A stretch of 64,000 nucleotides of DNA, from the sequence record PV593634.1; one strand, given 5' to 3'. The translations under genes were made by a program, and so were the position numbers. The notes beneath the pieces were generated by a model. It was not told where the DNA came from. It made no database searches and saw only the letters and a program-made list of their open reading frames with translations. Below, in pieces: positions 26,214 through 37,525 of this stretch (position 1 is its first letter; the number at the start of each line of letters is the position of its first letter).

Positions 26214-29207
26214 CTATTTGCTTAAGTTTTCTGGCATGTGACGTTTAAACTGAATATCAATATCTTCTTTGATAGTCAGGAAGCGGTCAGCAGTTTGTTC
26301 AAGTACCTTACGCACACTAAAGCCGTTAGTGTTGTCAACGTTAGTAACAATCTCAATACCGGTAGTACCAGAGGTAGCTTTAACCTGTACGTCGATAACA
26401 TCAGAACCACCCGCATCTTTAAGAGACTGAATGATTTCAGACAGACCAACTGTTTCATCCAACAGTTCAGTGTTGATAAGACGATGGGTAGAAATACCCA
26501 GGTTATCTTTGAGGTTCTGATTACGCAGACCTTCACGAGACAGGCTGTAAGTAATAGAGAACGACAGATCCGTCTTAAGCATACGTTCCACAGCTTCGTT
26601 GATAATGCAACGAGTGAAGCCCATAGTGGAACGAGGTTTGAACACAAGCTTAGTTTCATCCAACGTAATCTTGTTGAATTCATCCAACTGTGCAACCACT
26701 TCATCAACAAAGAAATCATCAACACGATCCATATAGATGGTGTCGTAATCATCCTGAGAGACAATGTAGTTAAAGTCAAACCCAATGAAGTCCCAGTAGT
26801 ACAACATTTTGCGAGGTTCCAGCAGAACTGGATCTCCGTTTGTGTCGTATACCGTTTGACCTTTAAGGAACTTAAATACCGGTTTACCTTCAGGAGTGAA
26901 GACCTGATCACCTTTCTTATGAGTGATGATCGGGAGACCTGTTGCTGGATCTATCTTCAACTGCTGCATCGGCTTACCGTTTACGATTACCGTTTCATAT
27001 TCGTATTCGGTTTTCTCGTAGATAGATGGAATGTCAACATCATACTTACGATACATTGCCGGACCGGTAACTGGACGGATACGTGTATACATGGATTTCA
27101 ACTGACGACCAAACTCAAGAGCATAGTCGGTATCAACCATTGCAATGGTAGTCATGTTAAACAGAGTCTGATCAACCTTCATATCAGATTCAGAACGCAA
27201 CTGTTGGTTATTACCACTGTAGGTAAAGATGAAGTTAGCAGTGGTAGACAGGTCGACATATGTCGTTACCTGAGGACGACCAAACTGGTTAAATCCACCC
27301 AGGTCAATCTGGTTGTTAGAATCCACGTCATAACGAGTAGGAATAACGAACCGGAATAGACGTTCACCTTTATCAGTACGACCACGATATTCAGCTTTCA
27401 TCGTAGCTGCAGATGTTGTACCAATTGGCGTCAGAGATAACTGAATACCAACGATATCATCATCGAGTTTCTTGTAGTCATCAGACGACTGAGTTTCGAT
27501 ATCGATTTCGTAAGTGAACTGCGTCGATTTGATATTGATCTTACCAACACCCACTTGAACACCCAGGTTCACGTTTTCCCAACGGAAGGTCTGATACCTG
27601 ATATCTGGTTTGTTCAATCTGTAGATACGACAACTAGCACGAGACTGGGTGGTATCGATAACATAAGCAAACGGGTTATAACAAAACGTTTTGTTAGTCA
27701 GTGCTTCGATCTTACCTTGGTTAGATAACCCCATCAGCGTATCATAGTCATTACGAGGAATGATGACCGGCGTCTGCTGTGTGATGTCGAAAGCTGCCCG
27801 AGCAGGAATCGTTACACGGCGGCCGTTGTCAATGCCCCAACCAGAACCTATCAATTGCTCAAGCGACGTTAGAATGGATCCGACGTGTGTCCCCATTGAA
27901 CTGTTGAAACGAGTTACCGAATCGTCCTGATACAATTTGTTATCTTGCAGAGGTAAGTTCTTAGTAACACGATACAGACGAGAAGTAACCTGGTCAATTG
28001 ACTTAATGGAAGAATAACCGTTGGATAACAGGAATTCAGAAACATCAGTGTTGGACACAGGAATCAAACGTTTACGATAACCGTAGATTTGACGAGTCTT
28101 CAGTTCAGGGAAAGTCAACGCATTACGTCCACCGGTAATAGGGGCGATAGAGTCGATCATCACACCTTCACCGATAGTACGGAATGGTGCTTCGTAAATG
28201 TTCAACTTACCTTTATCGTTCTCGTAGTTGTAATAAGCCGCAGTGTGATACTGAGCCTTCAACGTGGTCAGGTCACGATAGTAAGCACCTTTGGTCGTAT
28301 AGACCAGGATGGTGATTCGCCCAATGCCTAAACCGTTCTGGGTGTAAACAGAAGGGAGAGAAGCAGTGAATGAACCCGTGCCCAGATCAGATGTACCGTT
28401 GGTGTCTTCCAGATCGATTGTCAGTGTGGGGAATGTCGGATCGAAGATATCGTTGTTGTACACAACAGACATTTCAGTACGAACGTTACTTCCCTCAGGA
28501 ACCAACCAGGCCCTTACAGCATAAAGACTATCAGCAAACTGAATCTGTTCACGGAACCCTGCAACTTCGTTCACTGCTCGGTTAGGGAATTCCGTAATGA
28601 GCAACTGACGAATAGGTAAATGAATAGCAAGGTACTGAATACCATCGATATTCAAGTAGTCTACATCAGGAGTGTTAGAAGACAGAGGTTTAAACGGAGA
28701 CTGACGAGCCGAGTCATAAACAACCTGATAACCACCGTGGTCCATTACACGAATTTCAACTGGGTTCTCAAGTAGGAACGGAATATCTGCAATAGTAATA
28801 CGGGTATCGGCAGGGATAACGAGCTTGCGATAAGAGTTATCTAAAGTACCATCCACATTATCAAAACGAACAGAAAAACGATCCAGAGACTCTTCAGAGA
28901 TGATGAACCGGACCCCTGTCTCAGATGGGTCAGCAAATACACCATACCAATCCTCATCTGACATGACTTTAGCTAAATCAGAAATGTTACGGGCATGAAC
29001 AGGATACGTCCTGGCTTCAGTATCACCAAGACGACTGATTAGGTTGAAGTTAGTGCCAACGATCAAGTCGATGGCGTAAGCGAATGGGTGACCGGAACCA
29101 TTCAATGTCCCAAAGCCCTGATCGAATGTCTTTTCAATATCGTTAAATATAGAAGGGATCACACGAGCTGGGCTGTTGGAGATACGGTTTAATTCATCAA
29201 AATCCAT
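26214..29207 (-). CDS. Large baseplate (wedge) protein (phiKZ gp87-like)
   Basis: 997 aa beta-rich; N-terminal YPVHARNISDLAK resembles baseplate J/gp6 family; synteny. Confidence 0.7.
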   Translation of the reverse strand: MDFDELNRISNSPARVIPSIFNDIEKTFDQGFGTLNGSGHPFAYAIDLIVGTNFNLISRLGDTEARTYPVHARNISDLAKVMSDEDWYGVFADPSETGVRFIISEESLDRFSVRFDNVDGTLDNSYRKLVIPADTRITIADIPFLLENPVEIRVMDHGGYQVVYDSARQSPFKPLSSNTPDVDYLNIDGIQYLAIHLPIRQLLITEFPNRAVNEVAGFREQIQFADSLYAVRAWLVPEGSNVRTEMSVVYNNDIFDPTFPTLTIDLEDTNGTSDLGTGSFTASLPSVYTQNGLGIGRITILVYTTKGAYYRDLTTLKAQYHTAAYYNYENDKGKLNIYEAPFRTIGEGVMIDSIAPITGGRNALTFPELKTRQIYGYRKRLIPVSNTDVSEFLLSNGYSSIKSIDQVTSRLYRVTKNLPLQDNKLYQDDSVTRFNSSMGTHVGSILTSLEQLIGSGWGIDNGRRVTIPARAAFDITQQTPVIIPRNDYDTLMGLSNQGKIEALTNKTFCYNPFAYVIDTTQSRASCRIYRLNKPDIRYQTFRWENVNLGVQVGVGKINIKSTQFTYEIDIETQSSDDYKKLDDDIVGIQLSLTPIGTTSAATMKAEYRGRTDKGERLFRFVIPTRYDVDSNNQIDLGGFNQFGRPQVTTYVDLSTTANFIFTYSGNNQQLRSESDMKVDQTLFNMTTIAMVDTDYALEFGRQLKSMYTRIRPVTGPAMYRKYDVDIPSIYEKTEYEYETVIVNGKPMQQLKIDPATGLPIITHKKGDQVFTPEGKPVFKFLKGQTVYDTNGDPVLLEPRKMLYYWDFIGFDFNYIVSQDDYDTIYMDRVDDFFVDEVVAQLDEFNKITLDETKLVFKPRSTMGFTRCIINEAVERMLKTDLSFSITYSLSREGLRNQNLKDNLGISTHRLINTELLDETVGLSEIIQSLKDAGGSDVIDVQVKATSGTTGIEIVTNVDNTNGFSVRKVLEQTADRFLTIKEDIDIQFKRHMPENLSK

Positions 29208-29215
29208 AACGTACC

Positions 29216-30322
29216 TTATTGGTTAAAGTTTGCAGATTCCATACCTTTAGGAATCCACCAAGTAAGTTTGATACCAGTACGTGAACTACTGAACCCAGCT
29301 TCACCTTTTACTTCCGCTTGACGAGGGAGTAATAAAGGATAAGCACCGTAACCGTATTTTACGTACTCGCTAGACTTCAGCTCACGGAAATAAGTGTTAC
29401 GAGATTCAGGTCTTAAGCGAGGATTGTATTCCCAGCTATGTTCGTTGAAGGATTGGATTAAACCCCACTCATCAAAACGCATACCAACGGAAGCGAATTG
29501 AATTGTGAAATCATCCTGACCTTCACCACGTAAGGTATTACCTGAGTTATCGATGTTAGCCATTGCGCCAACCGGATAACTTACTGGGATGGATTGCACG
29601 GTAGCAAAGATGTGTTCGAGATACTCGGTATCTTTGTTCATTATCAGGTGATAGATACGACAGTCATAATCTATTTTGTTACCCATCAAGTACAGATCAC
29701 GGGGAGTAACTAAACGGTCGCCTGAAGTCACCTCAGAGATATAATCTTCCCATACCTGGAACAGTCCTTGGAGAACGTTAGGCTTAGGGTTGAAGTATGT
29801 CTGGTTAATGGTAAATGCGCCGTTGTCCTCAAGCTTACTGCTAACACGCTGATAGACTTGTTGACGTAAACCAGGTTCTGATGTATCAATCTGAATTTGA
29901 AGATCACCGAATCCTGTAGAGGTTTTCAAGTATTCCGTCAAACATGTAATAAAGGGAGAGTAATTATCAAGAGCAACGTTAGGGTTTGATGCAGCCCACT
30001 TTTCATCCAACATCCCACGGATATAACCGGACATGCTGTATTGTCCAGCCCCATACAAACTCACCAGTTTTTCAGAACGACTGATGTTATCATCCGTTAA
30101 GTTAAGCTGTGGGCGAGTTACGAGGGCCAATCCTATGGTGTTATCGGCCATAGGCATCATTGCCGGGCCTTTACCCAGTATTCTAATTCCCCTTAGGGAG
30201 TTGATTAATGGCGAAGTATAACCTGGCGAAGTTCCTTGCAGAAGGGCAGCATCGAATAACTCTTTACGCTTCTCTATGTTTTCCCCTGAATAATTTGTAA
30301 AATTAGTTTCATCCTTTTCCAT
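29216..30322 (-). CDS. Tail tube-like/baseplate protein (phiKZ gp88-like)
   Basis: ATG 30322 with SD GAGG (track start 30436 overlaps next gene); synteny. Confidence 0.6.
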   Translation of the reverse strand: MEKDETNFTNYSGENIEKRKELFDAALLQGTSPGYTSPLINSLRGIRILGKGPAMMPMADNTIGLALVTRPQLNLTDDNISRSEKLVSLYGAGQYSMSGYIRGMLDEKWAASNPNVALDNYSPFITCLTEYLKTSTGFGDLQIQIDTSEPGLRQQVYQRVSSKLEDNGAFTINQTYFNPKPNVLQGLFQVWEDYISEVTSGDRLVTPRDLYLMGNKIDYDCRIYHLIMNKDTEYLEHIFATVQSIPVSYPVGAMANIDNSGNTLRGEGQDDFTIQFASVGMRFDEWGLIQSFNEHSWEYNPRLRPESRNTYFRELKSSEYVKYGYGAYPLLLPRQAEVKGEAGFSSSRTGIKLTWWIPKGMESANFNQ

Positions 30323-30346
30323 ATATAACCTCGAATGGAGTATGTA

Positions 30347-31438
30347 ATGATTCCTGCACTCACAACTATAGGCACGGTCTTGACTGGCCTGTCTGGAGCG
30401 TATACTTTTCTTAAAGACGGAGCCAAAGTTGCTCAAGGTGCTGCTGAGACGGTTAAGGGCACATATGATGTCCTCAACACTTCAAGCATTTCCAAGTCTG
30501 CTGGCAAGGTTCTAATCGCTCCAATGGTAGCAATTGAAGATACATTGCTGCACCAAGAATACATGAATGACCTGATGCAGGTTGTCAATATTCGTGATAT
30601 CAAAGATACCCTTACCCACCTCGCTATGCAGGGTGAAGTTAACGGTATTAAAATCAGCTCTCTCGTAGAGTCCATCAACCCACGTCGTGCTGGTCTGTTG
30701 GCTATGCAAGGTGCTGAAGCATTTGGTGTGCCAGAAACTAAAGCTAATGCTAAGAAAGCAGAAAAGGTTATCGAGAACCGTGTTACCGTTGGTGGTAAGA
30801 ACATGGCTGACTTAACCGAGTATGTTCCTTTGGCTGTTGGCCGTACTGTTGATGCTTCCGTATTCATCGATGGACACAACGTAACTTTCCCTCTGAACTT
30901 CCGTCAAGTTCCAGTTCCTGTGTCTGCAAATGATCTTATTACGATCTTTGACGCAGCTCGTCCAGAAGACGGCATGTACGCTCGCTTTATGATGTGGCGT
31001 GCTGGTGAACTGACTGCACCTGAGTTTCTGATGGGTACTGATACCATTAAGAAAGAGTTTAACATTCGTAAAGATGATCTGTCTGGCTACTATAAAGAAG
31101 CAAGTGATCGCGTTGCCAAGAACCGTGGTGCTGCACTGCGTACTGGCATTATGTCTGTTAACTCCGAAGCCAACACCATCATCATGTCTGCTGACACTGC
31201 TCGCAACATCGAACTGGAAACTGGTCTGAACTTTGCTGGTGGCGATTCTGCTAAGATTCGTAAAGCTGTTCTGGCTAACACCATCGTTGTCGTTGATGAC
31301 GGTATGGGTATCTTCACGTTCTATTCTTCTGCGACTTCTCGCCCTGAAGTTTATACTCGTCGTGAAATCACCGTAACTGCTAAGAAAGATACTTCTCTTG
31401 ATTTGCAGTCCTTAATGAAAATGTTTAACGGACGCTAA
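30347..31438 (+). CDS. Internal head protein (phiKZ gp89-like)
   Basis: SD GGAG; GAEAF motif; synteny (track start 30335). Confidence 0.65.
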   Translation: MIPALTTIGTVLTGLSGAYTFLKDGAKVAQGAAETVKGTYDVLNTSSISKSAGKVLIAPMVAIEDTLLHQEYMNDLMQVVNIRDIKDTLTHLAMQGEVNGIKISSLVESINPRRAGLLAMQGAEAFGVPETKANAKKAEKVIENRVTVGGKNMADLTEYVPLAVGRTVDASVFIDGHNVTFPLNFRQVPVPVSANDLITIFDAARPEDGMYARFMMWRAGELTAPEFLMGTDTIKKEFNIRKDDLSGYYKEASDRVAKNRGAALRTGIMSVNSEANTIIMSADTARNIELETGLNFAGGDSAKIRKAVLANTIVVVDDGMGIFTFYSSATSRPEVYTRREITVTAKKDTSLDLQSLMKMFNGR

Positions 31439-31440
31439 TA

Positions 31441-32322
31441 ATGATCATCATCTCTGAAACTCCAAAGCTTGACGTACTTGTTGCTCTGGACCGTGAAGCA
31501 GCTACCGTATCAGGTCTGCGCGATACCATTGCTCTGCTCAAACAGGGTGATCCAGACAACCTTAAACTGGCCGAAGCTGTTGTACAAAAGAACGCTGTAC
31601 TGAAAAGTATCGAGAACGAGCTGAAACGCACTCTGTCGCCTTCCTTTACTTTACTGGGTTCTATTGAAGATGCACTGGGTCAGCTCAACCTATGGCTTCC
31701 TAAGCTGCGTGACCGCATTGCTAAATCCCCTACCAAGATCTACGATAAAGAAACTATCACGTTTAAAGAGAAAGGTGTCCTGGATACTATCTCTAGTGTT
31801 AACTTCTGGACTCGCTATGCAACCATGGTTCTTGACATTGTTATCGATCAAGCTACCAAGCAGCAGGATCTGGGTAAGACCCTGACCAAGGTTGACTTTG
31901 CCTTCTTTAATGACACGGCTAAGTACTTCGCTCACCTGACTGTTAAGTTCTGTGAATCCGTTAAAGATATGGAAGCGGGTATCGATAACCTGTCTGACGA
32001 AACTTATGACGAAGTCTCCGAACAGATCATCACTGCACAGATGGGTGCCGGTGGGGCAGCTATTGCTGGTATTGCTCCTCATCAGTTCAACCCACTGCAC
32101 TGGTACAAATACGGTAAGATGAAGAAAGACGTTTCTCGTATTCAGTCTAACACTGAATCTATTCAGATGCTGGCTATGAAGATCGCTCGTCTGAACAACC
32201 GTAACAACGGCGCACCAAACCCAGACCTGGATCGTCAGATCGAAGTGTACCAGAACGCTATCATTAAGAAGCGTGCTGAAAACATCGCTATCGAGGCCCG
32301 TTACAATGGCAACAGAGTTTAA
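31441..32322 (+). CDS. Internal head protein (phiKZ gp90-like)
   Basis: 293 aa; synteny; coupled. Confidence 0.6.
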   Translation: MIIISETPKLDVLVALDREAATVSGLRDTIALLKQGDPDNLKLAEAVVQKNAVLKSIENELKRTLSPSFTLLGSIEDALGQLNLWLPKLRDRIAKSPTKIYDKETITFKEKGVLDTISSVNFWTRYATMVLDIVIDQATKQQDLGKTLTKVDFAFFNDTAKYFAHLTVKFCESVKDMEAGIDNLSDETYDEVSEQIITAQMGAGGAAIAGIAPHQFNPLHWYKYGKMKKDVSRIQSNTESIQMLAMKIARLNNRNNGAPNPDLDRQIEVYQNAIIKKRAENIAIEARYNGNRV

Positions 32323-32836
32323 GCATCTTAAATTCGGTCTAGTCCCTGCTTCCTTTAACGGAAACACACTGGAGAATACCGAAACAATTGTCAAGTCCTT
32401 CCTTGCTCAATTCCAGGGTTATGAACTCATGGATGACGCAGGCGCTCACACAGAGATCTTTGTACAAGCACGTAAGTATATCGGTGAGAATTTCCGTAAC
32501 TGGCTTATCGTAAACTTCCGTCAAGGCGGTGGATCTCGCCGTGAACTGTGTCGCAAGATCGCAGGATGGATTGGTGGTGAGCTTTCAGAGCAAACCGTTC
32601 TGAACCAACTTAAGATCGATATTAACGCGCTTAAGACCACTTCTATTAACATGATGCCAATTAAAACATCAGTCATCTATGACGACTATCAAGTCGCTCA
32701 GGAAGGCTGGAAAGTCGATAGCATTGACTTCTCCATTATTGAAGAACGTCACTTCTATGATTTCATGGCTTTGATTGGTCCTGAACTCGCAGCTAAGTTC
32801 TGCTTAAGTATGGATGGTATCTACTATGACCGCTAA
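32306..32836 (+). CDS. Head protein (phiKZ gp91-like)
   Basis: ATG 32306 with SD GAGG (track start 32273); synteny. Confidence 0.55.
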   Translation: MATEFKHLKFGLVPASFNGNTLENTETIVKSFLAQFQGYELMDDAGAHTEIFVQARKYIGENFRNWLIVNFRQGGGSRRELCRKIAGWIGGELSEQTVLNQLKIDINALKTTSINMMPIKTSVIYDDYQVAQEGWKVDSIDFSIIEERHFYDFMALIGPELAAKFCLSMDGIYYDR

Positions 32837-34094
32837 CGTTATGAATGACCTGAAGATGGCTGAGATCTCCTTGGCTAAGGTCCCTGACGTTAACAACATG
32901 GTCAAAGAAGCAAATGAAGTCATGGACGACTTCCGTGTAAACGTCGCTATTCGTGACGAGGTACAAGCTGCTCTTGATACTGTTGAACAACGTTCAGATT
33001 ACCAATTGACTATTCCGGTTGTTACCGAAGTAGATCAGGTTATTAACAAACACTCCAACATTGTTCTTAAGAACGACACTCCTATGGTTAGCGGGACTGA
33101 AGCTTTTGGCTTATCCCTACTTCCTTCTGAGTGGCGTATTCTGCGTACAGGTGCTCTGAAAGAGATCCTGGCTGAATCGTACAAGAACATCAAACGTTGG
33201 GCTAATACGCTCTCTGAGAACTTTGAGCGCATCTGGACTGAACTGAATACCTCTATTGAAGTTCTGGAAACTCGTTTAGAAGCTACTGTGGCGACTCTTG
33301 ACGTTGTGACTACTAAAGTAGATGGTATTAACGAAGTTGAGATTAACGAACTGGTAGCACGTTCCATCTCTAAGAACGGTAAGTTACCTGGCGGTGACAT
33401 CGCAGCTGTTCTCAAAGGCGAAGTCAATTACATTCTTCTCTGCCTGCGTGCTTGGTCTTCCGAACAGATCAAATATAAAGGTGACATCATTCGTTACTTC
33501 GGTAATGAACGTAACGTAGAGCTGGATGAAGTTGTTCGTGTTCTGCCTAAGGTATTCGATCAGCGTGCTGAAGTCGATCCCAAATACCGTACCATGCTCA
33601 CTGCTCGCGCTACTCGTCCAATGATTGGCGATAAGGTGTTCGAAGGTGTTGCTCTGGATCCTAAATGGGTTCGTGACAACATTAAGAGCGTTGCCGATAA
33701 CACCACCTATGCAGATGCATTGTCCTTCACTGGGTACCACGTAGAAGACTATAAAGCTTCCGCTAAAGCCGGTAAGGCAACAATGAGCATCATGACGATG
33801 TCTCAGATGTATGCGCTGTGCGATCTGGTTGAGAACATTCTGGCTGAGCTTCGCAAGATGAACTCCGAGTCTGATCCAACCAACTTCAACCCTGATGATG
33901 TTAAAGATGTACTGGGTACATTGAAGGCGACCAATACCAGTGACCAGCGTGCTTACCAATACGGTTTGATGACTGCCGATTACCAGTACAACGTAAATAA
34001 CTTCAAAACCCAGTCCACCACTATGTTGACTGTTCTGGCTAGCCACTTAATCACGCTGATTAACGCACACCTGGCCAACTATAATGTCAACTAA
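32826..34094 (+). CDS. Internal head protein (phiKZ gp92-like)
   Basis: GTEAF motif; synteny; start 32814 or 32826. Confidence 0.6.
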   Translation: MTANVMNDLKMAEISLAKVPDVNNMVKEANEVMDDFRVNVAIRDEVQAALDTVEQRSDYQLTIPVVTEVDQVINKHSNIVLKNDTPMVSGTEAFGLSLLPSEWRILRTGALKEILAESYKNIKRWANTLSENFERIWTELNTSIEVLETRLEATVATLDVVTTKVDGINEVEINELVARSISKNGKLPGGDIAAVLKGEVNYILLCLRAWSSEQIKYKGDIIRYFGNERNVELDEVVRVLPKVFDQRAEVDPKYRTMLTARATRPMIGDKVFEGVALDPKWVRDNIKSVADNTTYADALSFTGYHVEDYKASAKAGKATMSIMTMSQMYALCDLVENILAELRKMNSESDPTNFNPDDVKDVLGTLKATNTSDQRAYQYGLMTADYQYNVNNFKTQSTTMLTVLASHLITLINAHLANYNVN

Positions 34095-35043
34095 CTATCG
34101 ACAAGCTTCTCGTCAGTTAGAACAACATCTTAAAGATATGGAGGGGTGCGAATCCCTCCTGTCTGATGCTTTTGACGGTATACGTCGTAAAGGTTTAACT
34201 GTACTGAAAGCTGGTGCCAATAAAACCTTAGATCTTGCAGCCTCCGGTTTACAGAAAGCAAACACCGAACTAATTAAGATAATTGGTTCTCGTCGTTTGT
34301 TGATCTCTCACTTATATAACAGATATAAGAAAGATGACCGCGCTCAGATCGATATGGTTTTCCCCAAGACGGTTATGCTTAAAGCTACTCGTGATGGGAA
34401 CCCTGATGACCTCATTCCTTCTGTTGAAGTAATGAACCGAAATGTAGAAAAGGTAGTGAAGTACGGTAAAGAGCTTGAAGGTTATTATCAAAAGGAATTA
34501 AACTTCCTTAAAGATATTACCAAAATCAAGACCACCGAAGACGCTGCTGAATTAATCAGAAAGATGGATGATCTGAAGTTACCTGACGTTAAACTGCAGT
34601 CAAGTAATAATTCTATGTCTCATAGTGAAGACTTGCCAGGTGGCTACAATCTTTCGTTAAACAAAGATAATGGCTTATGGCATGTTGTATCTGATGAGGA
34701 TCATTCCGCAACTGAGATCGAAGACAACTATAGCATTGCAGACATTACGTCTCTCCTGACTAAGTTGAATACTCTGATGTCTCATTATCAAGATGCATCC
34801 AAAATCAACGACTCCTATTTGAAATACTTAAAAACCTTCAATACTGTGGTGACTAAGTCATTCCAACATTTGGACTCGCTGAAGGGTGAGATCTCGACTA
34901 GCTTGTTGAATGATCTTGAAGATCGATTGAATGGAAACCAAACGGCCTTTTCATTCTTCTTCGGTTCTTTGCCAAGAGTGCTAGTTCGCCTAGACGATTA
35001 TGTGGATACATTAACGTCGCACTTTAGTAAACAATTTAATTAA
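34084..35043 (+). CDS. Internal head protein (inner-body cluster)
   Basis: GCESL motif near N-terminus; position in the gp93-97 region. Confidence 0.6.
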   Translation: MSTNYRQASRQLEQHLKDMEGCESLLSDAFDGIRRKGLTVLKAGANKTLDLAASGLQKANTELIKIIGSRRLLISHLYNRYKKDDRAQIDMVFPKTVMLKATRDGNPDDLIPSVEVMNRNVEKVVKYGKELEGYYQKELNFLKDITKIKTTEDAAELIRKMDDLKLPDVKLQSSNNSMSHSEDLPGGYNLSLNKDNGLWHVVSDEDHSATEIEDNYSIADITSLLTKLNTLMSHYQDASKINDSYLKYLKTFNTVVTKSFQHLDSLKGEISTSLLNDLEDRLNGNQTAFSFFFGSLPRVLVRLDDYVDTLTSHFSKQFN

Positions 35044-35078
35044 ATCGTTTTAACTCTTTTCAATAAAAGGTATTAATC

Positions 35079-36338
35079 ATGTCTCTTAAGAATATGTTCG
35101 CTCAAATCGCTGGTCAGGAATCTGCAGACCTGGACGCATCTCTGGTACAGCAGGTTGAAGTGACCGCGGAACAAGCGGCAGAAGCAGTAATCGAAAAAGA
35201 AATCGCTGACTGTGAGAAAGACATCGCATCTCATGATCACCAGTTCGAAAAACACGAAGATGCTATCGATGCAATCGAAGAGAAAGTTGAAGAACTCGAA
35301 GAAGTGATCGAAGGTCTGGAAAGCATGATGAGCGGCAACACTCCGTTTAACGCTGGCCTGTTCGCATACCAGTTTAACCAGGGCGCTAAGATCGTTTCTA
35401 AGATGGGTGCTCCGGTTGAACGTCAGGGCGCTGAAAGCTTCTCCGACGCATCTACTGCTAACCTGAATGCTCTGGCTGGTGTTGAGAGCATGAAAGAAGT
35501 AGCTGGTAAAGCAGCTGGCGCTGCTAAGAAGTTCTTCATCGAACTGTATAACGGCTTCATCGCTGTAATCACCGGTATCTTCAACCGCTTCAAAGGTATC
35601 GAGAAGAAAGCAGCTAACATGAAAGCTCAGGTTTCTGCAGCCGGTGCTGACAAGTTCACTGGTGAAGTAACTCGTTCTGGTTCTGCTAAGTGGGTCGACG
35701 CTAAAGGTATGGCTCCGAAAGTTGTTGAAGCAGTTGTTGCTGCATCTAACACCCTGGCTGGTACTCTGGGCGCTACCTCTGATTACTCTCCGGTTGATTC
35801 TATCAACTCCGTAATCGACAAACTGGCTGCTGCTGGTACTAAGAAAACTGAAGGCGATAAAGTCCTGATCGAAATCGGTTCTGGTTACGCTGAAATCGTT
35901 GCTCCTAAAGACGAAGCTGATCTGAACAAAGTTTCTTTCACCGTTCGCGCACCAAGCACTTCTACCAACTGGACTGCTCCTAAACCTTCTAAAGCTGCAC
36001 TGGAAGGGATCTGTAATTCTGTAGCTTCTCAGGCTAAATCCCTGCAGGTTGCTAAGCTGGACAGCAAGTCTCTGACCGCTACCCGTGACAAAGCTATCGC
36101 TATGATGGAAAAACGTGGCGCTGATGACGACGAAGGCAAGAAAGCTACCAAGGCTAGCGTTGCTGGTATTAAATCCATGCACCGTGCTGGTATGAAACTG
36201 ATCCGTGGCGCTCTGGGCCTGGCAGGTGACGTACTGGATGGCCAGCTGGCATTCGTTAAAGCATGTATCGGCGGTAAAGCTGCTCCGGCAGAAAAAGACG
36301 ACAAGAAAGACGATAAAAAAGAAGGTAAAGAAGAGTAA
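35079..36338 (+). CDS. Abundant inner-body/head protein (phiKZ gp93-97 family-like)
   Basis: Acidic N-terminal propeptide with GQESA, GLESM, GAESF, GVESM; extreme codon bias; own terminator. Confidence 0.7.
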   Translation: MSLKNMFAQIAGQESADLDASLVQQVEVTAEQAAEAVIEKEIADCEKDIASHDHQFEKHEDAIDAIEEKVEELEEVIEGLESMMSGNTPFNAGLFAYQFNQGAKIVSKMGAPVERQGAESFSDASTANLNALAGVESMKEVAGKAAGAAKKFFIELYNGFIAVITGIFNRFKGIEKKAANMKAQVSAAGADKFTGEVTRSGSAKWVDAKGMAPKVVEAVVAASNTLAGTLGATSDYSPVDSINSVIDKLAAAGTKKTEGDKVLIEIGSGYAEIVAPKDEADLNKVSFTVRAPSTSTNWTAPKPSKAALEGICNSVASQAKSLQVAKLDSKSLTATRDKAIAMMEKRGADDDEGKKATKASVAGIKSMHRAGMKLIRGALGLAGDVLDGQLAFVKACIGGKAAPAEKDDKKDDKKEGKEE

Positions 36339-36378
36339 TTCTTCTGACTGATCAACTTGATCGTTAAATAAATTACGC

Positions 36379-36408
36379 AAGGGTAGAGGGCTTCGGCTCT
36401 CTATCCTT
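36379..36408 (+). terminator. Hairpin terminator after inner-body gene
   Basis: AAGGGTAGAGGGC-TTCG-GCTCTCTATCCTT then ATGTATG. Confidence 0.75.
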
Positions 36409-36457
36409 ATGTATGTCCGTTTGTAGAATACTTTGATCTTACAGAGGAGTTATTCTA

Positions 36458-37525
36458 ATGTCCCAAGTTATCCCTAATCCAAAAGCACCGAAGGAGTCTA
36501 CGGACTACATCTACGGTCAGCGTTTGGAAAAGTATGAAGATCGAATAAACTTCTTTCTTAATGAGAAAGTAGACATCGATAAAACAAATGTTAAAGACGA
36601 AGATAAAGAGACTGTAGACGGCCTTGAATCCCTCGTACAGCGTTTCTGTTCTTATGGTGGTCCAATGTTACCCCTCATTGATGAGAACGGCGATATAGCT
36701 GGTACAGAAGCTTCTGGTCGTGGTAAACGTTTCATTGACTTCTTAATCCAAGCTGCCAAAGATGCGGTAGCGTTCTTATTGAACATCATCAATAACCGTA
36801 TTGCTCGTTTAGATATTCGTGTGGCTCGTTTAACCATTGACCGTAAACGCATGGGTATTCGTACTGGGGATATCAAATATCCTCATGCTACTCGTCGTAT
36901 GTTAATGCCTCAGATTGTTTCTACCAACCCTAACTGGGTACCTCAAACTCTTGATAATGTTAAGAGCTTCTACAAAGACACAGTCAGCGCATATAAGACT
37001 ATGTCCGAGTCATTAGGTAAGGAACCTACTGAAGGTAAAGACCTGTATACATTGATTAACGATATAGTCTCTAAGGTTAAATCTCAGTTGCATCTGAAGA
37101 CCAGCGGTGATCTGTTAGTTGGACCGTTGCTTCCTAGTCTTCGTCAGTTGCACGTTCAGCAACCATCTGAAACAGATCCAAGCAAGATCGATATCTATTT
37201 TGCTCTGTCAGATGTCCAAGTTAAGATTCCTTCAGAAACGTTTGAATCATCCAGTAACCTGCTTGACAGTATGATCAAACAGATCGATGACCTGATCAAA
37301 GAGATTCGTTCTAACCAGTCTTCTGTTGCCAGTATGACACGTAACTTCGAGAAAGCCGTACGTGCTTTTGAGAACAAGAAGGATGGTAAGTTGACACCAG
37401 TGGAACGTGAATACTACAATTGGTTAATCCGTTTCAATAAGCGTCTGATGAACATTACGCTTCAATATGTTCTTGGCCAGCTTGATGCTGCTTGTGACTT
37501 CACCCAGACAGGTATTGCAAAATGA
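36458..37525 (+). CDS. Internal head protein (inner-body cluster)
   Basis: GLESL, GTEAS motifs; SD GAGGAG. Confidence 0.6.
   Translation: MSQVIPNPKAPKESTDYIYGQRLEKYEDRINFFLNEKVDIDKTNVKDEDKETVDGLESLVQRFCSYGGPMLPLIDENGDIAGTEASGRGKRFIDFLIQAAKDAVAFLLNIINNRIARLDIRVARLTIDRKRMGIRTGDIKYPHATRRMLMPQIVSTNPNWVPQTLDNVKSFYKDTVSAYKTMSESLGKEPTEGKDLYTLINDIVSKVKSQLHLKTSGDLLVGPLLPSLRQLHVQQPSETDPSKIDIYFALSDVQVKIPSETFESSSNLLDSMIKQIDDLIKEIRSNQSSVASMTRNFEKAVRAFENKKDGKLTPVEREYYNWLIRFNKRLMNITLQYVLGQLDAACDFTQTGIAK

Noticed and set aside
26238-27359. 373-aa + strand ORF
   Set aside because: Antisense shadow of the codon-biased baseplate gene; no SD, unnatural composition
36290-36338. Short purine-rich repeats (GACAAGAAAGACGAT)
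   Set aside because: Encodes a low-complexity K/D/E tail; not a DNA repeat element
35073-36380. 435-aa - strand ORF
   Set aside because: Shadow frame of the highly biased inner-body gene 35079-36338
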